Assembly (NCBI GenBank): GCA_946187695.1
Contig: CAMHSB010000006.1
Location: forward strand, 4,675 to 68,674
DNA: 64,000 bases
Direction: 5' to 3'
Source: an uncultured Bacteroidales bacterium
GTDB taxonomy: Bacteria > Bacteroidota > Bacteroidia > Bacteroidales > Paludibacteraceae
Shown here: positions 36,802-45,664 of the stretch, piece by piece
Layout: the number at the start of each line of letters is the position of its first letter
How positions within the stretch are numbered: position 1 is the stretch's first letter
Notes under the pieces: generated by a model
Told to the model about the DNA's origin: nothing
What the model saw: the letters and a program-made list of their open reading frames with translations, nothing else
Databases searched by the model: none
Made by a program: the position numbers and the translations under genes

Positions 36802-38025
36802 ATGACAATAGAATCAATTATTGGAATAACCAGTGGTATAATTGGTATAGGAGGTTTTCTATTTGCAGTAGGGCAAACTTATAAAGAGCTTTCATTAGCA
36901 AAGTCTTTGGAAAGACTTACGAATAAAAACTTTTCTACAAAAAGGCATCGTCGTATCCTTAAATGGATGAATTTTCGACTGTTAGGACATCCAATAAGCC
37001 AAAAATACATTCAAGATTTTGTGTTGAGCGATAGAGGCAAAGAGGCTGTGTTTATGGATATTTGTGAGAAAAACAACATAGAACCGACCAAGGAGATGTG
37101 TGTGAAATTTCTAAAAGCAGATATGCCAAAGTTCAGAAAGGAATATCAAAGCAAAAAGAAAATGCTTACACCTTCATTAAATACCAAAGGGGAGCAAATC
37201 GTGTATATGTCAGAACTTTTGAAAGAACGTTATCCGGAAACATGCACTCGACTTCTCCAAATTCTCGACAAATACCATGTGCAATACGATTGGATTAAAG
37301 GCACCAAAGATATTTGGTGTCGCGATTACATGCCTGTACAAACGGAATCGGGTAAATTCTTTCAATTCAGGTATGAGCCAAGCTACTTGAAAGGCAAGAA
37401 AGAATGGGAAGACTCTCGCTCTGATGTAAAAGATATTTGCCAAATAAATAAAATAGATGCCATATTCTCTGATATTAATCTAGACGGAGGAAATGTGCTG
37501 ATTTGTGATGGCAGAGCTATTATCTCGGATAGATTGTTCTCGGAAAACTCGGAGCGCGATAAAGATTCTTTGATTAAAGAATTGGCAAAACTTCTTGAAT
37601 GTGAGATCATTATTATTCCGGCTTTAAAATCACAGGAAGAAGACATGACGGGACATGCAGATGGCATGGTCAGATTCGTAGATAGAAATACTATTATCGG
37701 TAATGAGCGTCGTCCGAATGAATATAAATATATGAAGGACGGTTTGCAAGCAGCGATAGATAAATTCAACCTAACATATATTGATATTCCGTACTTTGAG
37801 GATAAAGATGCCAAACATCCGTATAGCGCAATAGGAATATATGTGAATTATTTGGAGTTAAACGATTTGATCATAGTGCCTATATTTAATAGTAAGGAAG
37901 ATAATGCTGCTGTAGAAATTATAAAGAAGGCATTTCCTAACAAGCATATAGAAACCATCAATTACAATGATGTTGCTAAAGAAGGAGGCCTTTTGAATTG
38001 CACAACTTGGGTCGTGAATAAGTGA
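36802..38025 (+). CDS. Membrane-anchored agmatine deiminase/PAD_porph-fold (guanidino-group-modifying) enzyme with a novel ~140-aa N-terminal region
   Basis: N-terminal TM helix (IIGITSGIIGIGGFLFAVG). C-terminal ~270 aa carry DIWCRDYMP, NLDGGN, TGHADGMVRF and EGGLLNCTTWV, the conserved Asp/His/Cys blocks of the agmatine deiminase family. Confidence 0.6.
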   Translation: MTIESIIGITSGIIGIGGFLFAVGQTYKELSLAKSLERLTNKNFSTKRHRRILKWMNFRLLGHPISQKYIQDFVLSDRGKEAVFMDICEKNNIEPTKEMCVKFLKADMPKFRKEYQSKKKMLTPSLNTKGEQIVYMSELLKERYPETCTRLLQILDKYHVQYDWIKGTKDIWCRDYMPVQTESGKFFQFRYEPSYLKGKKEWEDSRSDVKDICQINKIDAIFSDINLDGGNVLICDGRAIISDRLFSENSERDKDSLIKELAKLLECEIIIIPALKSQEEDMTGHADGMVRFVDRNTIIGNERRPNEYKYMKDGLQAAIDKFNLTYIDIPYFEDKDAKHPYSAIGIYVNYLELNDLIIVPIFNSKEDNAAVEIIKKAFPNKHIETINYNDVAKEGGLLNCTTWVVNK

Positions 38026-38107
38026 TACTGAATACCTACACCCTCATCGGCGCCGAACTAAAATAGGCAACGTCCATTTCGCCCAAATATTATTCGGACA
38101 TCAGAGT

Positions 38108-38139
38108 TCCCCTGTTCTCATGAGCAGGGGATTTTCTTT
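38108..38139 (+). terminator. Rho-independent terminator after the deiminase-like gene
   Basis: TCCCCTG-N10-CAGGGGA stem followed by TTTTCTTT. Confidence 0.6.
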
Positions 38140-38385
38140 AGCCTGTATTATTTTTCGGCTTTTCTTCCTCAGCCTGTATTATTTTTCTTGTTTATACTTC
38201 TTTAGCTTGTATCTTTTTCTGAATTTATCATACTTAGCCTGTATTATTTTTTCGGATTGTTTTATCTTAGCCTATATTATTTTTCGGCTTCTCCTCCTCA
38301 GCCTGTATTATTTTTCTTGTTTATACTTCTTTAGCCTGTATTATTTTTTCGGATTGTTTCATCTTAGCTTGTATTATTTTTAGCC
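38138..38385 (+). repeat. Eight-copy iteron-like array: (T)TAGCCTGTATTATTTTT core every 31-33 bp with higher-order duplication
   Basis: Core copies start at 38140, 38171, 38204, 38236, 38269, 38300, 38333 and 38366. Units 1-2 resemble units 5-6, and unit 4 resembles unit 7. Confidence 0.85.
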
Positions 38386-38435
38386 ATTTTTGATAAAATT
38401 CTCTCAAGATATTTGTATATGTGGGATTTTTTGTG

Positions 38436-38443
38436 TACCTTTG
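38436..38443 (+). promoter_or_regulatory. -7 promoter box (TACCTTTG) preceding the 11-nt repeat tract
   Basis: TGTGTACCTTTGCACCCG. Confidence 0.45.
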
Positions 38444-38463
38444 CACCCGAATTTAAGTGGCGG

Positions 38464-38531
38464 AACGACGGTCAAACGACAGTCAAGCGACGGTGAAGCG
38501 ACAGTCAAAGCCAATGTGAAGCCAATGTCGA
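38464..38531 (+). repeat. Six tandem 11-12-nt repeats (AACGACGGTCA / AACGACAGTCA / AGCGACGGTGA / AGCGACAGTCA / AAGCCAATGTGA / AGCCAATGTCGA)
   Basis: Read directly. Located ~20 nt downstream of a promoter box and ~80 nt upstream of the ATG at 38611. Confidence 0.8.
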
Positions 38532-38563
38532 CCCGAAAACAAGCCCAAAATAATGTACAATGC

Positions 38564-38589
38564 TATATTATATATAAATATATAATATA
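38564..38589. repeat. Perfect AT palindrome TATATTATATAT-AA-ATATATAATATA
   Basis: 12-bp arms read directly, 22 nt upstream of the ATG at 38611. Confidence 0.85.
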
Positions 38590-38610
38590 CTTTTTAAAAC
38601 CATCTTTTTT

Positions 38611-38958
38611 ATGTCAAAAGTAACAACATCCTCAGGTATCGAACAAATCCACGGAAAGACCTACGGCCTCGACCGAGGTTATTTTTACATGCGTAATGGC
38701 AAACAATTCTATCGCGAACGCGACGAAGATTATCAGCAACATCAGTCTCCCCGCCAAAAATGGAATTCTGCCGCTTTCAAGTACGCCAATTCTCAACTTA
38801 AACTTCTGACCTCTCCCGAAGCCAAAACTCAATTGGCTTCTGACTTCGAGGCTGCTAAACACATTGCTTCCAACGGCAAAACCTACACTACCGTTCGTGC
38901 GTGGAAGTTCAATTCCCTCATTCACGAGTACAAACAATCGCACCCTTTTGGACAATAA
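38611..38958 (+). CDS. Hypothetical 115-aa basic protein
   Basis: Clean ORF with no recognisable motif; last AT-rich gene of island 2. Confidence 0.45.
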   Translation: MSKVTTSSGIEQIHGKTYGLDRGYFYMRNGKQFYRERDEDYQQHQSPRQKWNSAAFKYANSQLKLLTSPEAKTQLASDFEAAKHIASNGKTYTTVRAWKFNSLIHEYKQSHPFGQ

Positions 38959-38977
38959 ATTGTGATTTTTTGCGGTT

Positions 38978-39013
38978 AAATCTTGCAAATTTAAAAAATT
39001 TGTAGTACCTTTG
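38978..39013 (+). promoter_or_regulatory. Bacteroidota promoter (TCTTGC...TACCTTTG) for queH
   Basis: AAATCTTGCAAATTTAAAAAATTTGTAGTACCTTTGCAG with the -7 box at 39006-39013. Confidence 0.55.
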
Positions 39014-39034
39014 CAGGCGCAAAGGTTTGGACAA

Positions 39035-39607
39035 ATGAGTAAACAAGCGGCGATAGTGATTCCGGAGGGGTGCAAGCGGGTGCTGCTGCATGCATGTTGT
39101 GCGCCGTGCTCGAGTGCGATCGTGGAGTGGTTGCTGGCGCACGAGGTGGAGCCGGTGATCTACTACTATAATCCTAATATATACCCGCGCGAGGAATACG
39201 AGATCCGCAAGAACGAGAGTAAACGCCATGCGGAGTCACTCGGCATCCAGTGGATCGATGAAGACTATAGCCATGAAGCCTGGCGGAAGGGTGTTTGCGG
39301 ACTTGAGCAGGAACCGGAGCGAGGTAAGCGCTGTGCGCGCTGTTTCGCTATCCGGCTACGCAAGACGGCCGAGAAGGCGCAGGAGTTGGGGATAAATTAT
39401 TTTGCGACTACCCTCGCCTCTTCCCGCTGGAAAAGCTTGGAACAGATAGAAGCCGCCGGCAAAGCCGCCGAGTTACCGGGCGTACATTTCTGGGCACAGA
39501 ACTGGCGGAAGGACGGCTTGCAAGAACGGCGGAACGAATTACTGAAAGAATATCAATTTTACAACCAACAATACTGCGGCTGTGAGTTTAGCCGACGCGA
39601 CGTATGA
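39035..39607 (+). CDS. queH: Epoxyqueuosine reductase QueH (DUF208)
   Basis: LLHACCAPCS, RCARCFAIRL and YCGCEFS cysteine motifs. ATG at 39035, downstream of the promoter box. Confidence 0.8.
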   Translation: MSKQAAIVIPEGCKRVLLHACCAPCSSAIVEWLLAHEVEPVIYYYNPNIYPREEYEIRKNESKRHAESLGIQWIDEDYSHEAWRKGVCGLEQEPERGKRCARCFAIRLRKTAEKAQELGINYFATTLASSRWKSLEQIEAAGKAAELPGVHFWAQNWRKDGLQERRNELLKEYQFYNQQYCGCEFSRRDV

Positions 39608-41475
39608 TTACCTATCCTCTTGCCATTATTGCGATTGTATTAGCGACCATCCTCTTTGTGCCGATGGTGTGTCGCAAGATCCGTATCCCGAGTATCGTGG
39701 GATTCATCTTGGTCGGCATCGTTGTCGGCCCTTACGGTCTGGACCTTATCAGCGGTGGTTCCGCGATCCAGACCCTTGGCAAGATCGGTATGTTGTACAT
39801 CATGCTGCAGGCAGGTATTGAGGTAGATATCAACGACTTCAGGCAACAGCGAAGGCATGCTATTGCGTACGGTTTCTATTCCTTCGTATTTCCATTTGTG
39901 CTCGGATTGGTGACGAGTAAGTTGATGGGATTCGGTTGGGTGACGAGTACGCTGATGGGTGCGATGTACGGTTCGCACACGCTGATGACCTACCCGATTG
40001 TGAGTCGTTACGGCGTGCAGAAGAACGCGGCGGCGAACATCGCGATCGGCGGTACGATGCTGACGATCTCGCTCTCGCTGTTGGTGCTGGCGATACTGAA
40101 ATCGAATTTCGTGTATGAAGATGCGATCACGACGAGCGGTCTGATTGCCCGCGTGGTAGTGACGATCTTAGTGATCACGCTGCTGTTCCCGTGGTTGGCG
40201 CAACGCTATTTCAAACGCTGGACGGACCCGACGAGCGGTTTTCTGGTGGTGATGACGATGATGGTGGTGTCGGCGCTGCTGGCTGACTGGTCGGGGTTGG
40301 AAGGTATCTTAGGCGCCTTCATCTGCGGCGTGTCGCTGAACCGGTTGGTGCCGAACCTGAGTCCGGTGATGATGCGCATCAATTTTGTGGGAAACAACAT
40401 CTTCGTACCTTTGTTCCTGATCGGCGTGGGTATGATGATCGACGTGAGTCTGTTGTGGGAAGGTTGGGCAACGATCACCATCGCCGTGGTGATGATCGGT
40501 ACGAAATTGGCCGGCAAATGGATCGCCGCCTGGGTGGCGCAGAAACGATTTGGCTTACAAGCGGCAGAGCGGCAGTTGATGTTCGGTCTGACACACGCGA
40601 CGGCTGCCGGTACGTTGGCGATTGTGACGATCGGTTACGATACGGGTATCTTCAATGCCGAGATCTTGAATGCATCGGTGCTGATGATTTTAGTGCTCTG
40701 CACGAGTGCCTCGTTCATCACGGAGTACGCCGCCAAGCAGCTGGCGCTGCAGGAAGAGGCGCGTATCGAAGCGGATAAGATGGACGACAGTTGGCAGGTG
40801 ATGACCATCGGCGAGAACCGGCACTATGAGCTCAAGGAGTTGAGTGAGTTGGCGGAGTTGCACGAAGCGGATCTGGCATCGGAAGGCGATTGGTCGGAAG
40901 CGCTGTCGCTGATCAATAAACAGCGCAAAGCCGCCATCATCTATCATCCGAATCAGCCGATCAACACAATCAACCGGCTGTTAGTGGCCGTTCCGCGGTA
41001 CGCGGAGAAAGAGCACGATTTCATCAGCTGTTTCGGTCTGGTGCGTCGTCTGAGCAGTCAGATCGGTGCACGCGTGGTGTTCTTCACGAACGAAGATACG
41101 CAGAAAGTGCTGCAGGTTTTCTGTCGCCGTAAGGGCAAGTACCTGCGGGCTTCGTACCGCGAGATGGAGAACTGGGAAGATGTGCTGATGATCGCCAAGC
41201 AGATGGGTCCGGACGACATGATCGTGCTGATCAATGCGCGTCCCTCTACCCCATCCTACAACCCGCTGTTCGAGCAGGTACCGACGACCTTAGAGCGGTT
41301 CTTCAGAAACCACAGTTATATCGTCGTTTATCCGGAACAGGAGACCGGCGCTGCGATCCCGGATATCTTAAGCGGCGATACCCCGCAGGCGTCGAAGACG
41401 TGGAAAATGATCAGTTGGTTGAAGCAGAAAGTCTTAGCTTTTCAACAAACCACACCCAAAGACCAAAAAGCATAG
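39604..41475 (+). CDS. Cation:proton antiporter (CPA family) with C-terminal cytoplasmic domain
   Basis: ~12 TM N-terminal Na+/H+ exchanger-like region (GFILVGIVVGPYGL) followed by a soluble ~230-aa tail. Confidence 0.7.
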   Translation: MITYPLAIIAIVLATILFVPMVCRKIRIPSIVGFILVGIVVGPYGLDLISGGSAIQTLGKIGMLYIMLQAGIEVDINDFRQQRRHAIAYGFYSFVFPFVLGLVTSKLMGFGWVTSTLMGAMYGSHTLMTYPIVSRYGVQKNAAANIAIGGTMLTISLSLLVLAILKSNFVYEDAITTSGLIARVVVTILVITLLFPWLAQRYFKRWTDPTSGFLVVMTMMVVSALLADWSGLEGILGAFICGVSLNRLVPNLSPVMMRINFVGNNIFVPLFLIGVGMMIDVSLLWEGWATITIAVVMIGTKLAGKWIAAWVAQKRFGLQAAERQLMFGLTHATAAGTLAIVTIGYDTGIFNAEILNASVLMILVLCTSASFITEYAAKQLALQEEARIEADKMDDSWQVMTIGENRHYELKELSELAELHEADLASEGDWSEALSLINKQRKAAIIYHPNQPINTINRLLVAVPRYAEKEHDFISCFGLVRRLSSQIGARVVFFTNEDTQKVLQVFCRRKGKYLRASYREMENWEDVLMIAKQMGPDDMIVLINARPSTPSYNPLFEQVPTTLERFFRNHSYIVVYPEQETGAAIPDILSGDTPQASKTWKMISWLKQKVLAFQQTTPKDQKA

Positions 41476-42004
41476 CGTAGAACGCATACTTGAAGATGTA
41501 ATCGTGGAGGACGTGGAACCAGTCGGGATGGAACTCCACGAAGAGCGTGATGGCGGCAATGCGTAAGATATTGAAAATATAGCAGCAGAGCCAGCCGAAG
41601 GGAATAAACCACAGTTTCTGCAACCATGTTTTGTAGGCCGGTTCGGTACTACGTACCGTGAGGATAAGACAGAGCCAGATAAAGCTCTGTTTGAGTCCGG
41701 TGCATCCCCAGATGATGGTGGATCCGGAGCCGGTAACAAAGCGGATGGTATGTTCGTCGGGCATGTAAGCGGTGTCGCGGACGAGGGAGACGAGCCAAAA
41801 GACCGCTTGCGCGATATGACAGGCCATGATCTCGAACGGCGCCGTGACATCCATGCCGAGCCAAGTGACGACATCGCCGTATTCATCGCCGGTGAAGGTC
41901 CATTTCCAGGCATAGTTCGCCACCAGCAGCGTGATCATGAAAATCAGAACATCTTCATAGGGCTTGAGCCACTCAAATCGTTGTTTTAGCGAAAGGCACT
42001 TCAT
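41411..42004 (-). CDS. Exosortase/archaeosortase-family membrane protein (197 aa from MKCLSLKQ)
   Basis: Polytopic. IIWGCTGLKQS (Cys), FNILRIAAIT (Arg) and EFHPDWFHVLHDY (His) match the order of the exosortase catalytic triad. The upstream part of the 246-aa ORF looks non-coding. Confidence 0.55.
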   Translation of the reverse strand: MKCLSLKQRFEWLKPYEDVLIFMITLLVANYAWKWTFTGDEYGDVVTWLGMDVTAPFEIMACHIAQAVFWLVSLVRDTAYMPDEHTIRFVTGSGSTIIWGCTGLKQSFIWLCLILTVRSTEPAYKTWLQKLWFIPFGWLCCYIFNILRIAAITLFVEFHPDWFHVLHDYIFKYAFYAMLFGLWVWFVEKLRLSASTN

Positions 42005-43019
42005 CGATAGCACAAAAATCGTTGTCGAGGTATTTGAAATAGCCGGCCTGGCAGACCATAGCGGCATTGTCAGTCGTGAAAGAGAAAGGCGGGATAAAGA
42101 CCTTCCAGCGGTACTTGCGGCCGTAGTCGATGAAAGCCTGACGCAGCGCACTATTGGCGGAAACGCCTCCGGCTACCGCGACCTGATTGATATGCAGATC
42201 GGCTGCCGCTTTCTTGAGTTTGCGCATGAGGATATCGACCACCGTAGCCTGCAAAGAAGCACACATATCCTCCCGGAGATTTGGAACATTCTGCGCCAAG
42301 TCGTCGATGGTCTCTACGCCCTGCGCTTTGAGCATGTCGCGCAAGGTATAAAGGAAGGAGGTCTTGAGGCCGGAGAAGGAGTAATCGTACCCGGGAATAT
42401 TGGGTTTGGCAAAGGGGTATTTGGCGGGGTCGCCGAGCTTGGCGAGTTTGTCTATCCACGGGCCTCCCGGGTAAGGCAAGCCGAGCACTTTGGCGCACTT
42501 ATCGAAGGCCTCGCCGGCAGCATCGTCGATGGTCTGACCGATGATCTGCATGTCGTTGTAGGCACGGACGAGAACGATCTGGGAGTTACCACCGCTAACC
42601 AACAAACACAAGAACGGAAAAGTAGGATGTTCGAGGCCCGTACCGTCTTCGACAAAATGCGCGAGCACATGGCCCTGCAGATGGTTCACATCGATGAGGG
42701 GGACGTTAAGGGCAAGCGCCAGCCCTTTGGCAAAAGAGGTACCGACGAGCAGGGAGCCCAGGAGTCCGGGTCCGCGGGTGAAGGCGATGGCGGAAATGTC
42801 GTTTTTCGTCACGCCGGCACGCTTTAGAGCGGTGTCCACGACAGGCAGGATATTCTGCTGATGGGCCCGGCTGGCGAGTTCAGGAACGACCCCTCCGTAT
42901 TCCTCATGCACTTTTTGACTCGCGATGACATTGCTACGCAACACCCCATCCACGATGACAGCCGAAGAGGTATCATCACAGCTGGATTCGATTGCCAATA
43001 TTACGGTTCTTTTTTCCAT
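41973..43019 (-). CDS. tsaD: tRNA N6-adenosine threonylcarbamoyltransferase
   Basis: ILAIESSCDDTSSAV, HLQGH and VSGGNSQ motifs of the Kae1/TsaD family. Confidence 0.9.
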   Translation of the reverse strand: MEKRTVILAIESSCDDTSSAVIVDGVLRSNVIASQKVHEEYGGVVPELASRAHQQNILPVVDTALKRAGVTKNDISAIAFTRGPGLLGSLLVGTSFAKGLALALNVPLIDVNHLQGHVLAHFVEDGTGLEHPTFPFLCLLVSGGNSQIVLVRAYNDMQIIGQTIDDAAGEAFDKCAKVLGLPYPGGPWIDKLAKLGDPAKYPFAKPNIPGYDYSFSGLKTSFLYTLRDMLKAQGVETIDDLAQNVPNLREDMCASLQATVVDILMRKLKKAAADLHINQVAVAGGVSANSALRQAFIDYGRKYRWKVFIPPFSFTTDNAAMVCQAGYFKYLDNDFCAIDEVPFAKTTI

Positions 43020-43097
43020 TATTTTCAAAATCGGCCGCAAAGGTACGATTTTTTTTTTAATTATGCAAATTTATTTGCGCATGTCGATTATTTTTTG

Positions 43098-43105
43098 TAT
43101 CTTTG
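43098..43105 (+). promoter_or_regulatory. -7 promoter box (TATCTTTG) for waaA
   Basis: TTGTATCTTTGCACGC lies 23 nt before the ATG at 43128. Confidence 0.5.
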
Positions 43106-43127
43106 CACGCTTTTTGAAATTATAAAG

Positions 43128-44333
43128 ATGTTTTTGTATTTTTTGATTATACGGATAGCTGCTTTTTTCGGGCACGCGAAAGCCCGCGCGATGGTGCGTG
43201 GGCAGAAGGCCACGTGGAGCGATGCACGTCTTCAGGAGAAGGGTGCGATCTGGATCCATGCAGCGTCCGTAGGTGAGTTTGAGCAGGCGCGTCCGCTGAT
43301 TGAGCGTCTGCGTCGTGAGCAACCGAGCCGTCGTATCGTGCTGACGTTCTTCAGTCCGTCGGGTTACGAGATGCGCAAGCAGTACGACAAGGTGGATGCC
43401 GTAGCGTACCTGCCTTTTGCCACGCGCCGTAACGCACGTCGGTTCATCGAGATGCTGCAGCCGGCGATGGCTATCTTCGTGAAGTACGAGTTCTGGCCGC
43501 CGTATCTGAAAGAGTTGAAGCGCCGCGGTATTGCGACCTACAGCATCTCCGCCATCTTCCGCCCCACCCAACGGTTCTTCCATTGGTACGGTAAGGCGTC
43601 GTTAGGCTTGCTGCATTGCTTCACGCATATCTTTGTGCAGGACGAAGCCTCGCGTGCGTTGTTAGAAGCGCACGGAGTGAAAGACTGCTCGGTAGCGGGA
43701 GACACCCGTTTTGACCGCGTAGAGCAGATCATGGAGGCTGCGCCGAAGAACGACGATCCGCGTCTGACGCCGATCCGTCAATTCATAGAGGGTTGCGAGC
43801 GGGTGATCATAGCCGGCAGCACATGGCCGAAAGACGAGAAGCTGCTGATGCGCTATATCGAGGAACACGAGGACACGAAGCTCCTGCTCGTGCCGCACGA
43901 GATCGGATGGAAACGGCAACATTATATCTTCAACTTGTTCCAAGGTCGGTTGGTGCGTTACAGTCGTGCCAAACAGAAGAGCATGATGCATATGCGGGTG
44001 ATGGTGATCGATACGATGGGTCTGCTGTCATCGGTGTACCGTTTCGGACAGGTGGCGTATGTAGGCGGCGGATTCGGCGTCGGTATCCACAATACGATCG
44101 AGGCAGCGGTGTACGGTGTACCGGTGGTGTTCGGTCCGAACTACCACCATTTCCGCGAGGCACAGGGCTTGATTGATGCCGGTGCGGCACGGAGTATCAC
44201 GGACTACCCGAGTTTTGAGGCTGCGATGGACACCGCGCTCACCGATTATCAGGCGATCGGCGCCAAGGCTGCGGAGTACGTTGCCAGTGAGATTGGAGCA
44301 ACGGATAAAATCTTTGAAAAGATTTTTAGTTGA
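43128..44333 (+). CDS. waaA: 3-deoxy-D-manno-octulosonic acid (Kdo) transferase
   Basis: IWIHAASVGEFEQARPLIERL and the C-terminal GGSF-like block VGGGFGVGIHNTIEAAVYGVPVVFGP. Confidence 0.8.
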   Translation: MFLYFLIIRIAAFFGHAKARAMVRGQKATWSDARLQEKGAIWIHAASVGEFEQARPLIERLRREQPSRRIVLTFFSPSGYEMRKQYDKVDAVAYLPFATRRNARRFIEMLQPAMAIFVKYEFWPPYLKELKRRGIATYSISAIFRPTQRFFHWYGKASLGLLHCFTHIFVQDEASRALLEAHGVKDCSVAGDTRFDRVEQIMEAAPKNDDPRLTPIRQFIEGCERVIIAGSTWPKDEKLLMRYIEEHEDTKLLLVPHEIGWKRQHYIFNLFQGRLVRYSRAKQKSMMHMRVMVIDTMGLLSSVYRFGQVAYVGGGFGVGIHNTIEAAVYGVPVVFGPNYHHFREAQGLIDAGAARSITDYPSFEAAMDTALTDYQAIGAKAAEYVASEIGATDKIFEKIFS

Positions 44334-44353
44334 AAGTTTAAAGTTTAAAGAAA

Positions 44354-45664
44354 ATGGCACAGAAACCAAGTATACCAAAGGGCACGCGTGATTTCGGACA
44401 GATGGAGATGGCGCGTCGCAATTATATCTTCAACACGATTAAGGGTGTGTTCACCTTGTACGGCTTCCAGCAGATTGAGACGCCGGCGATGGAGAACATA
44501 GGGACCTTGATGGGTAAGTACGGCGAGGAAGGCGATAAGTTGCTCTTCCGCGTTCAGAACAGCGGTGAGAAAGCCGCCTTAGCGCCGGAGAAGGGTCTGC
44601 GTTATGACCTGACCGTTCCTTTTGCGCGTTACGTGGTGCAACACCGCGAGGAGATTGCTTTCCCGTTTAAGCGTTTCCAGATCCAGCCTGTATGGCGTGC
44701 GGACCGTCCGCAGAAAGGACGTTATCGTGAGTTCTACCAGTGCGATGTGGACGTGATCGGAAGTGACAGTCTGATCGGTGAGTTGGAGTTGATTCAGATT
44801 GTGGAGGAAGTGTATAAGCGCTTGGGCATCAACGTGTGCCTGCATATCAACAACCGTAAGATCCTCGCCGGTATCGCGGAAGTGATCGGTGCGCCGGATA
44901 AGATGGTGGACATTACCGTAGCGATCGACAAGCTGGACAAGATCGGCGTGGAGGCAGTGAATGCAGAGCTGGTGGAGCGCGGTTTGAATGACGAGCAGGT
45001 AGCTAAATTGCAACCGATCCTAAATCTCAGCGGAACGACCGCAGAGAAACTCGCGGCACTGAAGACCATTCTGGCGAACAGCGAGACCGGGTTGAAGGGT
45101 GTGGAGGAGATGGAGATCGTCTTTGATGAATTGAAGAATGTAGATTGTAGATTGAATATTGAGTTGGATCTGTGTCTGGCTCGCGGACTGAACTACTATA
45201 CGGGTGCGATCTTTGAGGTGAAGGCCTTGGACGCGCAGATCGGTTCGATCACGGGTGGTGGCCGGTACGATAACCTGACAGGTATCTTTGGTCTGCCGGG
45301 TGTATCGGGCGTCGGTATCTCGTTCGGTGCAGACCGCATCTACGACGTACTAACGGAGTTGGATTTATTCCCGAAGGAGTTGCTAAGTGCTACGCAAGTA
45401 CTCTTCGCAACTTTTGGCCAAGACGAATTGAAATATGCATTGAAGTGGGCCAAGGCGCTGCGCGAGAAAGGTATTGCGGTGGAAGTGTACCCGGAGGCGA
45501 CGAAGATGAAGAAGCAGATGGGCTACGCAGACAGCAAGCAGATCCCGTATGTAGCGATTGTCGGCGGCGACGAGATGGCAAACAACACGGTGATGCTCAA
45601 GAAGATGCTCACCGGAGAACAGAAACAAGTAACGCTCGAAGAGCTATGCAACACGATACAGTAA
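44354..45664 (+). CDS. hisS: Histidine--tRNA ligase
   Basis: PKGTRDF, class II motifs ([32 protein letters not shown]) and a C-terminal anticodon-binding domain. Confidence 0.9.
   Translation: MAQKPSIPKGTRDFGQMEMARRNYIFNTIKGVFTLYGFQQIETPAMENIGTLMGKYGEEGDKLLFRVQNSGEKAALAPEKGLRYDLTVPFARYVVQHREEIAFPFKRFQIQPVWRADRPQKGRYREFYQCDVDVIGSDSLIGELELIQIVEEVYKRLGINVCLHINNRKILAGIAEVIGAPDKMVDITVAIDKLDKIGVEAVNAELVERGLNDEQVAKLQPILNLSGTTAEKLAALKTILANSETGLKGVEEMEIVFDELKNVDCRLNIELDLCLARGLNYYTGAIFEVKALDAQIGSITGGGRYDNLTGIFGLPGVSGVGISFGADRIYDVLTELDLFPKELLSATQVLFATFGQDELKYALKWAKALREKGIAVEVYPEATKMKKQMGYADSKQIPYVAIVGGDEMANNTVMLKKMLTGEQKQVTLEELCNTIQ

Noticed and set aside
38120-38383. 87-aa plus-strand ORF (MSRGFSLACIIFRLFFLSLYYFS...).
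   Set aside because: Its sequence is just the translation of the tandem repeat array. It has no independent coding signal.
38138-38385. Possible CRISPR array (regularly spaced repeats).
   Set aside because: The repeat core is only ~16-18 nt and the spacers ~14-16 nt. The spacers are themselves duplicated (units 1-2 resemble 5-6, and 4 resembles 7). No cas genes are nearby. It fits an iteron or minisatellite, not CRISPR.
42005-42151. N-terminal 49-aa extension of the exosortase-like ORF (MRCVRLSSTTAAST...).
   Set aside because: It lies inside the tsaD coding region with a low-complexity Ser/Thr/Arg composition. The internal Met (MKCLSLKQ) directly precedes the first TM helix.
42861-43127. 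N-terminal extensions of waaA (from 42861), lepA (from 59337), queH (from 39011), DUF1599 (from 45445) and the 611-aa gene (from 12735) as given in the ORF track.
   Set aside because: The extensions run through promoter boxes or neighbouring genes. Internal Met starts just downstream of TAnnTTTG boxes give canonical N-termini.
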